Shown here: in pieces, positions 15,564-23,342 of the stretch | Position numbering within the stretch: position 1 is the first letter of the stretch | Layout of the letters: each line of letters starts with the position of its first letter | NCBI RefSeq assembly: GCF_001997385.1 | Contig: NZ_CP019633.1 | Span: 2,340,001 to 2,372,000 of the forward strand | Length of the DNA stretch: 32,000 nt | Direction of reading: 5' to 3' | Origin: Sedimentisphaera cyanobacteriorum | Lineage (GTDB): Bacteria > Planctomycetota > Phycisphaerae > Sedimentisphaerales > Sedimentisphaeraceae | Notes under the pieces: generated by a model | Databases searched by the model: none | Told to the model about the DNA's origin: nothing | The model's input: the letters and a program-made list of their open reading frames with translations, nothing else | Made by a program: the position numbers and the translations under genes

Positions 15564-16854
15564 ATTTTAATCTGAAGCGCAACTTTTTTCATCGCTCCAG
15601 AGCACTTCATTTGGTGTCCGATATTTTAAACATTTCCTTGGTCGATTATTGATTAAGGCGACAACTTTGTCAAGTTCCTTATCACTAACTTTCTTAAAAT
15701 CAGTTCCCTTAGGGAAGAACTGACGAAGTAGGCCGTTTGTGTTTTCATTAGTTCCACGCTGATAAGAACTGTATGGATCAGCAAAGTAGCAGCATAGGCC
15801 GACTGTTTTTTCCATCTCTTTAAACTGGGCAAACTCCTTGCCATTGTCAACTGTCATCGTTTGACGCTTGGACTTTGGTATCTTCCTGAACAACCTTCGG
15901 GTGGTTTCATTCATGCTCTGGGCACTCTTATCTTTCATCCTGCCAGAGAGCAGATAGCGGCTTGCACGCTCGACATGTGTCGCAATAAATGAACCGTGTC
16001 CTTTACCGCTGACGCTGTCACCCTCCCAATCGCCGAAGCGATTACGCTTGTCAACAACCTCCGGACGCTCACTGATCGAACGTTTGTTCGGTATCCGGCC
16101 ACGCTTGTCATTACTGCCGTGCTTCTTTCGTCGTTTGCGACGGCCTTGACGCAAAAACTTGTAAAAAACACCGCCGTCAACCTTGTCTCGTTTAACCCAA
16201 CTATATATGGTCAAAGGGCTTACACGCATTTGGGCATTATCTGGATAGTCGATTTCAAGACGGCCTGCTATCTGTTCAGGCGAGTGATATTGCTCGAGTT
16301 TACTGCATACTCGACGACGAAGACGGCCATTCTGTTCAAGCCGATATGGCTGCTTGGATGCGGCCCTGCGTTTGCTGTAATATCGCTGGGCCAGGTGGGG
16401 CTTATAATCATGGGTTGAGGACATGTTTCGATTCAACTCACGGCTGATAGTGCCCTTGCTCCTGCCGAGATATATGGCGATTTCCAGTAAATTTTTTCCT
16501 TCAGATCGCATTTTTAGAATGCTTTCTCGCTCATTAATGTTAAGATGTCTATAGCCCATTGCGGTTCCTTAAATAGAGTACTTTTTCGTCAAAAAAACAT
16601 TCTATCGAAAACAACCGTAATGGGTGCTCTTTTTTACTTTTTAAAAGCAATCGCCATCGCTATAATAGATTATCTTGTTGCAGGGGATAGGGCAATGCTG
16701 GAGAGCAACCCGAGCACCGCAACAATCTATACTGGATAGAGGCGGCTTAACCGCCGCCCTTATTCTTTATCTATTCAGGCAGCTAAAAGCGATAAACTCC
16801 AGCCCGCCACGCGGGCTGATTAAATTAGCGAAGCGTTGCGCTTCAAATTAAAAT
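15564..16854 (-). mobile_element. IS30-family insertion sequence (~1.29 kb)
   Basis: The terminal inverted repeats are ATTTTAATCTGAAGCGCAAC (15564-15583) and the reverse complement of 16835-16854 (ATTTTAATTTGAAGCGCAAC), matching at 19/20. The transposase stop codon lies inside the left IR. I see no obvious target-site duplication (flanks ..TCAAA and CTAAG..). Confidence 0.85.
15567..16559 (-). CDS. IS30 family transposase
   Basis: 330-aa ORF with an N-terminal HTH (LEIAIYLGRSKGTISRELNRN) and a DDE integrase-like catalytic core (..GDWEGDSV.., ..TVDNGKEF.., ..RGTNENTNGLLRQFFPKG..). Confidence 0.93.
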   Translation of the reverse strand: MGYRHLNINERESILKMRSEGKNLLEIAIYLGRSKGTISRELNRNMSSTHDYKPHLAQRYYSKRRAASKQPYRLEQNGRLRRRVCSKLEQYHSPEQIAGRLEIDYPDNAQMRVSPLTIYSWVKRDKVDGGVFYKFLRQGRRKRRKKHGSNDKRGRIPNKRSISERPEVVDKRNRFGDWEGDSVSGKGHGSFIATHVERASRYLLSGRMKDKSAQSMNETTRRLFRKIPKSKRQTMTVDNGKEFAQFKEMEKTVGLCCYFADPYSSYQRGTNENTNGLLRQFFPKGTDFKKVSDKELDKVVALINNRPRKCLKYRTPNEVLWSDEKSCASD

Positions 16855-17295
16855 CTAAGTAATAAACGAAATAACGGCGAAATAAGCGGCTCCTTATCCA
16901 TTGAAAACGACGGCACTGTTGAGGTAGGCTCGCATATCTACGCTCCGTACTATTCCGGCACTCTCACTGTTGAAGACGGAAGTGTTTCCAGCGATTATAT
17001 AAAGGTTGACTCTGGAGCGGATATGACAATAAATATTGGACAGGAAGGCTCTATTGAATTTAGGGATGCATCTGTCGCAAACAACATCTCAGATCTTATC
17101 AATAATGCCTTTTCCGGCGAGGGCAGCATTAATTTGAATATCTGGAATGATGGTTCGTATGTTGACTATGCCACATTAACCGACGGCAGCGATTATAAGG
17201 TAGAGAACGGAACGTTGTTTGTTCCAGAACCTGCCACGATGGCTATGCTTGGTTTAGGCGGCCTTGGGCTCTTGCGCAGCAGACGCAAATCATAA
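16855..17295 (+). pseudogene. 5'-truncated PEP-CTERM protein gene (C-terminal remnant)
   Basis: The reading frame is open from the first nucleotide after the IS30 right IR (my translation: LSNKRNNGEISGSLSIENDGTVEVGSHIYAPYYSGTLTVEDG..) through to the PEP-CTERM sorting signal VPEPATMAMLGLGGLGLLRSRRKS. There is no signal peptide, and no matching 5' part lies on the other side of the IS. The track's 17023 ATG is internal. Confidence 0.7.
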
Positions 17296-17391
17296 AGAGC
17301 TGCATTTTGCCCGAAAAAATGTTGCACAAAGCATCTGCGGCAGAAATTTTTTATTTTCAGAACATTTTATGATATATTTCGCAGATATGTT

Positions 17392-18231
17392 ATGTGCCAG
17401 AAGAAATATGAAGAACTCTGCGAGATTATCAGGAAGTCCGGAAAGATGTGCGTGAGCTTTTCGGGGGGAGTTGATTCAAGCTTTCTCGCATACACCTGCC
17501 GGAAAGTGCTTGGAAGAAATAATATGCTCTGCGTTTACGTGAGGGGGAAGGCCGCTTCCCGGAAGCAAACGGATAACGCCAGAAAATCAGCAGAGAAATA
17601 CGATTTCCCGCTCGAGATAATAGATGTTGATGAGCTTGAGGTTGAGCAGGTTCGAAGGGGAGACCCCAGACGCTGCTATTTCTGCAAAAAGAATATCCTC
17701 AGCCTTATAGGCAAAAAAGCAGGTGAGCAGGAATTCAATGTTATTGCCTGCGGGAGCAACCTCGACGACCTCTCAGACTACCGTCCCGGAAGGGATGCGG
17801 TAAAGGAGATGGGGGTGAGCGAGCCTCTGCTCGAGGCCAAGCTTACAAAAGATGAAATCCGCTCCCTCAGCCGCAGATTCGGCCTTGATACAGCGGATAT
17901 GCCTTCAGAACCCTGCCTTCTCTCAAGAATCCCGTACAACCGTCCAGCTGATGAGCGGATGCTCAGGCAGGTGGAGCAGGCGGAGAAAGTCCTCGGCGAT
18001 TTCGGCTTCGATGTATGCCGAGTGCGGCATTACGGGATCACTGCAAAAATCGAGATCCCTCCCCAGAAATTCGAACAGTACAGGAAAAATGAGCCTCAGA
18101 TCAGAGAGAAAATCCTCGAGACCGGTTTCTCTGAGGCTGTTTTGGACGAAAACGGCTTCCGCTCAGGATCCTTAAACGATTCACTCCGCATCAAAAACAA
18201 ACAAAGTCATGAAAAAATGAAAAAATCTTAG
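17392..18231 (+). CDS. larE: LarE-like ATP-dependent sulfur transferase / PP-loop ATP pyrophosphatase (TIGR00268-like)
   Basis: 279-aa ORF with the PP-loop SFSGGVDSS and a conserved Cys in EPCLLSRIPY, corresponding to the LarE sacrificial cysteine region. No larA/B/C genes lie nearby. Confidence 0.75.
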   Translation: MCQKKYEELCEIIRKSGKMCVSFSGGVDSSFLAYTCRKVLGRNNMLCVYVRGKAASRKQTDNARKSAEKYDFPLEIIDVDELEVEQVRRGDPRRCYFCKKNILSLIGKKAGEQEFNVIACGSNLDDLSDYRPGRDAVKEMGVSEPLLEAKLTKDEIRSLSRRFGLDTADMPSEPCLLSRIPYNRPADERMLRQVEQAEKVLGDFGFDVCRVRHYGITAKIEIPPQKFEQYRKNEPQIREKILETGFSEAVLDENGFRSGSLNDSLRIKNKQSHEKMKKS

Positions 18232-18262
18232 CCTAAGCCCATCCTCAAAAACTGTTCAGTAC

Positions 18263-18291
18263 TTTAAAGAGCAATTGATTTTGCGTATAAT
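18263..18291 (+). promoter_or_regulatory. candidate promoter for the Mrr-like gene
   Basis: TTTAAA (18263-18268), a 17-nt spacer, then TATAAT (18286-18291) in an AT-rich spacer. GGAG lies 8 nt upstream of the ATG at 18399. Confidence 0.25.
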
Positions 18292-18398
18292 AACCTTGAA
18301 GGAAAAGAACGAAACTTGAAACAGTGAAAATACAAAGAATTACATGTAAATCACTAAATATATAAACTAAACCGGCTAAAGTGTAATGGAGATATTTT

Positions 18399-19430
18399 AT
18401 GGCTATATGGTTGGTAAGAGCAGGTAAAGGCGGCGCAAGGGAAAGTTGGGCTTTAGAGAAAGATGAAGTAATTATAGGTTGGGATGGAATGCCGGATCTT
18501 AGCCAATTCAAAGACAAAGACCAGATGCTTGATAAGCTCAAAGAGGTTTATCCTGATAAAAAAATTCAAGCCCTTTACAATCACCGAAGTCAGTTATGGG
18601 CTTTTGCTAAACGTATCGTAAAAGGTGATTTAGTCGTATTGCCTTTGAAAAGTCAGGATGCTATCGCCGTAGGTGAAGTAACCGGTGATTATAATTACCG
18701 GCCTGATAATCCAAGTTTCACCAAACATGCACGAGGGGTTAAATGGATAAAGCAGGACATACCGAGAAGTAGATTTGATCAGGATTTGCTATATTCCCTC
18801 GGAGCATTTATGACGGTATGTCAAATAAAACGCAATAATGCGGAAGAGCGTATAAAAGCTATAGTTAAAGGAGGTAAATTGCCGCCTGCCACAGGGTTCG
18901 AAGACGATGAAGATGTAAGCAATGAGGACGGCATAAAAAACGTAAATATCGAGGATTACGCTTCGACTCAGATACGTTCATATATTGCACAAAAATTTAC
19001 GGGACACCAATTAGCAGACTTGATTAACGCTATATTAGAGGCGCAGGGATATGTTACCGAAGTTTCTCCGCCGGGACCGGATGGAGGCGTTGACATAATT
19101 GCAGGACGCGGGCCGATGGGTTTTGATCCTCCATGGCTTGCTTGCCAAGTGAAAAGTGGCAACAATCAGCAGGATGTAAAAGTTATGAGAGAACTTAAGG
19201 GAGTAATGCAGGAATTCAAAGCAGAACAGGGATTATTTGTTTCCTGGGGTGGATTTACTCGTGAAGCAATAAAGGAAGCGAGAAAAAACTTTTTTGAGTT
19301 GAGGCTTTGGGATGCCGGAGAGGTTGTTGAAAACCTCTTGGGTTATTATGAAAAATTTGCGGACGAAATAAAGGCGGATTTACCTCTAAAAAGAGTTTGG
19401 TTGCTGGTTCAAGAAGATGATGAAATATGA
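18399..19430 (+). CDS. Mrr-like (PD-(D/E)xK, Mrr_cat) restriction endonuclease with an uncharacterised N-terminal domain
   Basis: 343-aa ORF. The C-terminal part has GPDGGVDIIAG ... LACQVKSG, a D...QxK motif as in the Mrr catalytic domain. The N-terminal ~160 aa (MAIWLVRAGKGG.., GDLVVLPLK.., AVGEVTGDYNY) are not the Mrr_N winged helix. The gene is visibly more AT-rich than its neighbours. Confidence 0.75.
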   Translation: MAIWLVRAGKGGARESWALEKDEVIIGWDGMPDLSQFKDKDQMLDKLKEVYPDKKIQALYNHRSQLWAFAKRIVKGDLVVLPLKSQDAIAVGEVTGDYNYRPDNPSFTKHARGVKWIKQDIPRSRFDQDLLYSLGAFMTVCQIKRNNAEERIKAIVKGGKLPPATGFEDDEDVSNEDGIKNVNIEDYASTQIRSYIAQKFTGHQLADLINAILEAQGYVTEVSPPGPDGGVDIIAGRGPMGFDPPWLACQVKSGNNQQDVKVMRELKGVMQEFKAEQGLFVSWGGFTREAIKEARKNFFELRLWDAGEVVENLLGYYEKFADEIKADLPLKRVWLLVQEDDEI

Positions 19431-19734
19431 CACCGTTAGGCGGTGAAAGATGTGCCGTACAAAACCAGCTGATTGACCAAACGCAGGCTGACCTTTGACG
19501 CCTCCTTGTTGAGCAAAGATGTAAATAAACTCCCTCGTATTATTTTCGATAATTGCTTCGTCTGAAGTTTCCGAACCCCTGCAAGATGTTCAAAACCAAG
19601 CTGAAAGATTATTTCTGTAAAATTAATTTTTGTATGAATAGACGTTATAGTTTTCGGCCTCATAGCGACATTTATATTCATGTATTTTCTTAATTCTATC
19701 CAATCTTCGCATATTTCGATTTCGCCGCCGATGA

Positions 19735-20505
19735 TTAGTATTGCCCGGACACTGAATCCCCGCAGGCTTCCTGCTTGCAGCTTCCGGATTTGCCTGCATC
19801 ACCCTTTAGCTTTTCGTATATGGAAGTTAGGCGGGGGCGGAGGATGCTGTTCCAAATTTCATACCCCTTTTTGTTCAGGTGCAGGCGGTCTTTGAGGAAA
19901 AGCTTATCATTCGGCCTTCCCTGCTCGGTTAAGAGAGCCGAGGCGGTGTCGGCGTAATACAGATTCTCGTGTTTCTGATTGAACCTTCGTATAATCTGAT
20001 TTGTTTCGCTCATTTGATCCCAATACTTCCAGCGGCTTGATGCCGGCTTAATCGGCAGATATACAAACGGGGTGCTTGGATATTCATCTCTGATTTTGCT
20101 CAAGAGCTGCTGGTAATCTTTGAAAATCTGCTCTGGAGGTTTGCCGGAGGCGGCATCGTTATCGCCTGCATAGAATACTATCACTGCCGGGCTGTACCCG
20201 CTGATAACATCATCGCAGTAGTGGATTATATCGGAGATATGCGAGCCCCCGAAACCTCGGTTGATTACATCAAGCCCGGGAAACGCCTCAGCCGTTTTCC
20301 ACATCCTTATGCTCGAGCTGCCGACGAAGAGAACAGCTTCATCGGGCGAGCTGTTTTTGCTGTCCCACTGCCTGAAAGACTCTATCGAGCCCTTAAACCT
20401 TGCAGGACCGGGGTCTTTAACGTCCTTCGCTGATAAAGGCGAGACAAGCGAAAAGCCAAGCAGGAGTGCTGCTGAGATACAGATAAATTTTTGCAGTTTA
20501 GCCAC
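19735..20505 (-). CDS. SGNH/GDSL-family hydrolase, secreted
   Basis: 256-aa ORF with a signal peptide and the SGNH blocks VLFVGSSSI, GFGGS, YAGDND and DRLHLNKKGY. Confidence 0.85.
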   Translation of the reverse strand: MAKLQKFICISAALLLGFSLVSPLSAKDVKDPGPARFKGSIESFRQWDSKNSSPDEAVLFVGSSSIRMWKTAEAFPGLDVINRGFGGSHISDIIHYCDDVISGYSPAVIVFYAGDNDAASGKPPEQIFKDYQQLLSKIRDEYPSTPFVYLPIKPASSRWKYWDQMSETNQIIRRFNQKHENLYYADTASALLTEQGRPNDKLFLKDRLHLNKKGYEIWNSILRPRLTSIYEKLKGDAGKSGSCKQEACGDSVSGQY

Positions 20506-20529
20506 TAAAATTCTTCCTTAAAAAAGTTT

Positions 20530-21477
20530 TTATTCGTCTTTTGGCACAATATCAAACACAGCGAGCTCCGGGCGTGCGAGAAAACGCGCCTTAATCACTC
20601 CGCCCCCATCGAGCCCCACGCCTCTGGAAACGTACATCTGCATGCCGGGTTTTTCGAACATTCCTTCCTCGTATTTCTTGCCGTATCTTGAGAACGTGAT
20701 TATCGCCCCGTAGAACGGCAGTGCGATCTGTCCGCCGTGGGTGTGGCCTGCCAGATACAGCTCGGCAGAGCCCTGCGGAACAGCCTCGAACAAATCAGGG
20801 CTGTGGTACAGAAAGAGCCGGAAGCTTTCTTCATCGAGCTTTGTGAGCCCTTCGATATTCGGATTCTGGAAATCTGCTCCGTAAATCTGGAGCGTTTCGC
20901 CGTTTTTTTCGATAGTTCTTGATTCGTTGAAAAGCGGGTCTATGCCGGCCTGCTCGAAGAGTTTTCTCGTATCGAAAGACCAGTTCCCCTCGCATCCGTA
21001 TATCCCGAGCGGAGGGTCTATATTGCTGAAAAGCTCCCTGAAACGCTGCTTAGCTACATACTCGCCAATATTGCAGGCGTCGCCTGTAAACACAACAGCA
21101 TCCGGCGAGAGCCTTCGCACCTCTCTAACGAGCCTCTGTTCGAGAACTGCCCGCTTGTCGCAGTGGGTATCGGTGATCTGTACGATACGGAAGGATGTAT
21201 TCTCAAGCTTGTCGGTTTCGATTCTGTGGCGTGAGATTTCAAGCCAGCGGGGCTCTATGAAACACGCATACACATACGTAATCACAATCGCAGCAGCTGC
21301 TGCATGCAGGAGAATTCGAAGCGTTTTGAAGCGAAAGAGCTTTGCGAGAAATGCAGGGCGTTTTGTGAATTTAAAGTAAATCTGGACAGCCTCAAGGCTT
21401 AAAACAAACGCTGCTGCTGTAAATACCGCAAGCGTAACCGCTCGAATCATAAAAAAGCAGAACTCAGTATAGCTCAT
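20530..21477 (-). CDS. membrane-anchored metallophosphoesterase
   Basis: 315-aa ORF with N-terminal TM helices followed by the calcineurin-like motifs QITDTHCD, TGDACN, GNW and GHTHGGQ. Confidence 0.88.
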   Translation of the reverse strand: MSYTEFCFFMIRAVTLAVFTAAAFVLSLEAVQIYFKFTKRPAFLAKLFRFKTLRILLHAAAAAIVITYVYACFIEPRWLEISRHRIETDKLENTSFRIVQITDTHCDKRAVLEQRLVREVRRLSPDAVVFTGDACNIGEYVAKQRFRELFSNIDPPLGIYGCEGNWSFDTRKLFEQAGIDPLFNESRTIEKNGETLQIYGADFQNPNIEGLTKLDEESFRLFLYHSPDLFEAVPQGSAELYLAGHTHGGQIALPFYGAIITFSRYGKKYEEGMFEKPGMQMYVSRGVGLDGGGVIKARFLARPELAVFDIVPKDE

Positions 21478-21493
21478 TTGAGAAACCTAAACA

Positions 21494-22495
21494 TCAAATC
21501 TTCTCGGATTTCAGCTCTCTGCTCATAAGACTCGCAATCACCTCATCGACGCTCATCTCGCCCTTTATAACGCTTTGAACGCCGGCAGCTATCGGCATCT
21601 CCACCCCGAGCCTGCCTGCAAGGGCAACCACAGAATCGCACGTTGAAACGCCTTCCACAACGCTGTTTGTTTCTGCAAGGGCATCGCTTACGGCCATACC
21701 TCGGCCGAGCTTTTCGCCGAAGCTGCGGTTGCGTCCTTTCGGCGAGATGCACGTTGTTACCAGATCGCCAAGGCCTGTCAGGCCTGCGAATGTGTCGGGG
21801 TCTGCTCCCATTGCCTTGCCGAGGCGGGATATCTCTGCGAGCCCGCGTGCAAGCAGGGCGGCCTTTGCGTTGTCGCCTGCTCCGATTCCGTCTATTATGC
21901 CTGCGGCTATTGCGATTACGTTTTTCGATGCCCCCGCAACCTGAACGCCGATTACATCCGGAGTTGAATACACTCGGAACCAAGGGGTGGTGAAGGTTTG
22001 CTGGACTCTGCGAGCGATGTTTTCATCCTCGCATGCTGCGCTTGCACTTGCTGGAAGCCTCTGCATAAGCTCGTCTGCTATATTTGGGCCGGAAAGCGTT
22101 GCGAGGGGGTTCTCGCCGCCGGTTTCCGTTTCGATTATCTGAGTGGGAAGGAGCAGACGATCGTTTTCTATGCCCTTGGTAACTGAGACTATCGCAGCAT
22201 CGGCGGGGAGGAAGGGCTTTAGACGCTTCCACACGCTCCCGCAAAACTGACACGGGACTGCCGAAATAATCAGCTCAGCACCGCGCATGCAGGAGGCATC
22301 ATCTGAATCAAATTTCAAAGCGGGGTCGAGCTGGAAGCCCGGGAGAAACAGGAAATTTTCGCCTGCTTTTTCTATCTCTGCAAGCTGAGATGCATTATGC
22401 CCCCACATAGTTACACTGAAGCCTTTGGAGCAAAGATTCGAAGAGCAGGCTGTGGCCATTGCTCCATCGCCGATTATAGTAATATTCTTGTACAA
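21494..22495 (-). CDS. gpsA: NAD(P)H-dependent glycerol-3-phosphate dehydrogenase
   Basis: GpsA-like throughout (ITIIGDGAMATA dinucleotide fold, NVIAIAAGIIDG..GDNAKAALLARGLAEI). I prefer the TTG start at 22495, which has GAGGA 8 nt upstream. The track's start at 22543 is also TTG and adds a hydrophobic extension that does not look GpsA-like. Confidence 0.9.
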   Translation of the reverse strand: MYKNITIIGDGAMATACSSNLCSKGFSVTMWGHNASQLAEIEKAGENFLFLPGFQLDPALKFDSDDASCMRGAELIISAVPCQFCGSVWKRLKPFLPADAAIVSVTKGIENDRLLLPTQIIETETGGENPLATLSGPNIADELMQRLPASASAACEDENIARRVQQTFTTPWFRVYSTPDVIGVQVAGASKNVIAIAAGIIDGIGAGDNAKAALLARGLAEISRLGKAMGADPDTFAGLTGLGDLVTTCISPKGRNRSFGEKLGRGMAVSDALAETNSVVEGVSTCDSVVALAGRLGVEMPIAAGVQSVIKGEMSVDEVIASLMSRELKSEKI

Positions 22496-22675
22496 TTTGC
22501 TTTTCCTCAATAGATTCAAAATGAAAAACAATATTATAAACAAATTTCAATGCTTGCAAAACCATTCAGGGCTATCTCCGAGAGTTTGAAAAGTTTTTTG
22601 ATCCGCAGAATGAGCAGCAGCGGTTCACCCCTTAGCATTTTAATAATCCCTTCAACGGGATAGACAGGTTGTTTT

Positions 22676-23143
22676 TTAGACGGGATTAACGGGATTTACA
22701 GGATTTTTCAGCGGGTAATTTGTTTGAACCACGTGGGATTGGTTTAAACCGCGAAGTGCTCGGAGGAACACGAAGATTTTTTAATTGGTTTAAACCACGA
22801 GCAGCACTGAGATATTTCAGCCACTGAGAAACGCTAAGAAGCACTAAGGGGATATTTCTAGACAGAATTTTTAAAGTTCAAGGCAATGATAAGGGGAAAG
22901 TTTTTCTTCTGTAGCTGCCGCTGACTCTCCGCCTGCGACCGACAGGCTCAATGTTTAACATCTCCCGTACTACAGCGGAGTCCGCCGTGGCGGACCCGCT
23001 AGGCATTCTTTTAGAAAAGATTTTTCGCTTACCGCCGGCTCTTCACGTTTCGCTATCCTAGCGGGGAGCTTGCGCTCCTCCGCTGTATGACGCTGCATTA
23101 TTAAGCAGCGAACCGCAGGCTCAGTCCGTAAATGCTGCGGCCA
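22676..23143 (+). repeat. mosaic repeat H-T2 (long repeat), copy C, the most complete copy
   Basis: The order of motifs is TAGACGGGATTAACGGGATTTACAGGAT, CAGCGGGTAATTTG, two GGTTTAAACC palindromes, CTGAGATATTTCAGCCACTGAG, CAAGGCAATGATAAGGGGAAAG, then the hairpins at 22974-23000, 23060-23084 and 23091-23110. It matches 4543-5010 (inverted) and 11853-12203. Confidence 0.9.
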
Positions 23144-23173
23144 GTCTATAGTAGATACTGGCTGTCCGCTTAT

Positions 23174-23342
23174 TTCTCCGATACCTCTCCGCCTGCGGCG
23201 GACAGGCTCAATGTTTAATATTCCTTTTACATCGGTGGTTAAATTATTCTTAATTGAGGCTGTTTTGCTCATCAACGGCCAGAGAGCTGCCCCGCAATTT
23301 GATATTCTGCACTAATGCGGGAGCTGAAGTTTTTACACAGAG
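23174..23342 (+). repeat. mosaic repeat module P, copy C
   Basis: Differs from 11684-11852 at 6 of 169 positions by eye. A partial third copy lies at 31957-32000. Confidence 0.9.

Noticed and set aside
16545-16739. 64-aa ORF within the IS30 element upstream of the transposase.
   Set aside because: It overlaps the transposase start on the opposite strand and lies in the IS leader region. It has no motifs. The two GC hairpins nearby (16741-16759, 16801-16817) are more likely structural or regulatory parts of the IS.
17392-19430. LarE-like PP-loop sulfur transferase plus the Mrr-like nuclease read as a DNA-modification/restriction pair (by analogy with PP-loop enzymes in Dnd/Dpd-type systems).
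   Set aside because: The two genes are separated by a 167-nt AT-rich spacer with its own promoter-like motif. They differ visibly in base composition (larE looks native, mrr looks acquired), and LarE-family motifs fit the cofactor-synthesis enzyme. Adjacency alone is not enough, so I kept them as separate low-level notes.
19436-19681. 81-aa minus-strand ORF convergent with the Mrr-like gene.
   Set aside because: I am not confident it is a gene. It has no recognisable motif and an AT-rich, low-complexity sequence, and it could be a remnant of the DNA that brought in mrr. I have not listed it as a feature, but it may deserve a profile search.
21543-22253. Arg-rich ORFs on both strands overlapping gpsA (21543..21983, 21643..21993, 21729..21944, 22023..22253).
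   Set aside because: These are alternative frames of a GC-rich, well-supported gpsA gene. Their R/P/C-rich composition is typical of out-of-frame translation.
22970-23275. 101-aa minus-strand ORF spanning T2 and P repeat DNA.
   Set aside because: Same reasoning as for 11585..11785. The ORF crosses several hairpin modules and a module junction, and its homologous region in copy B is interrupted by deletions.
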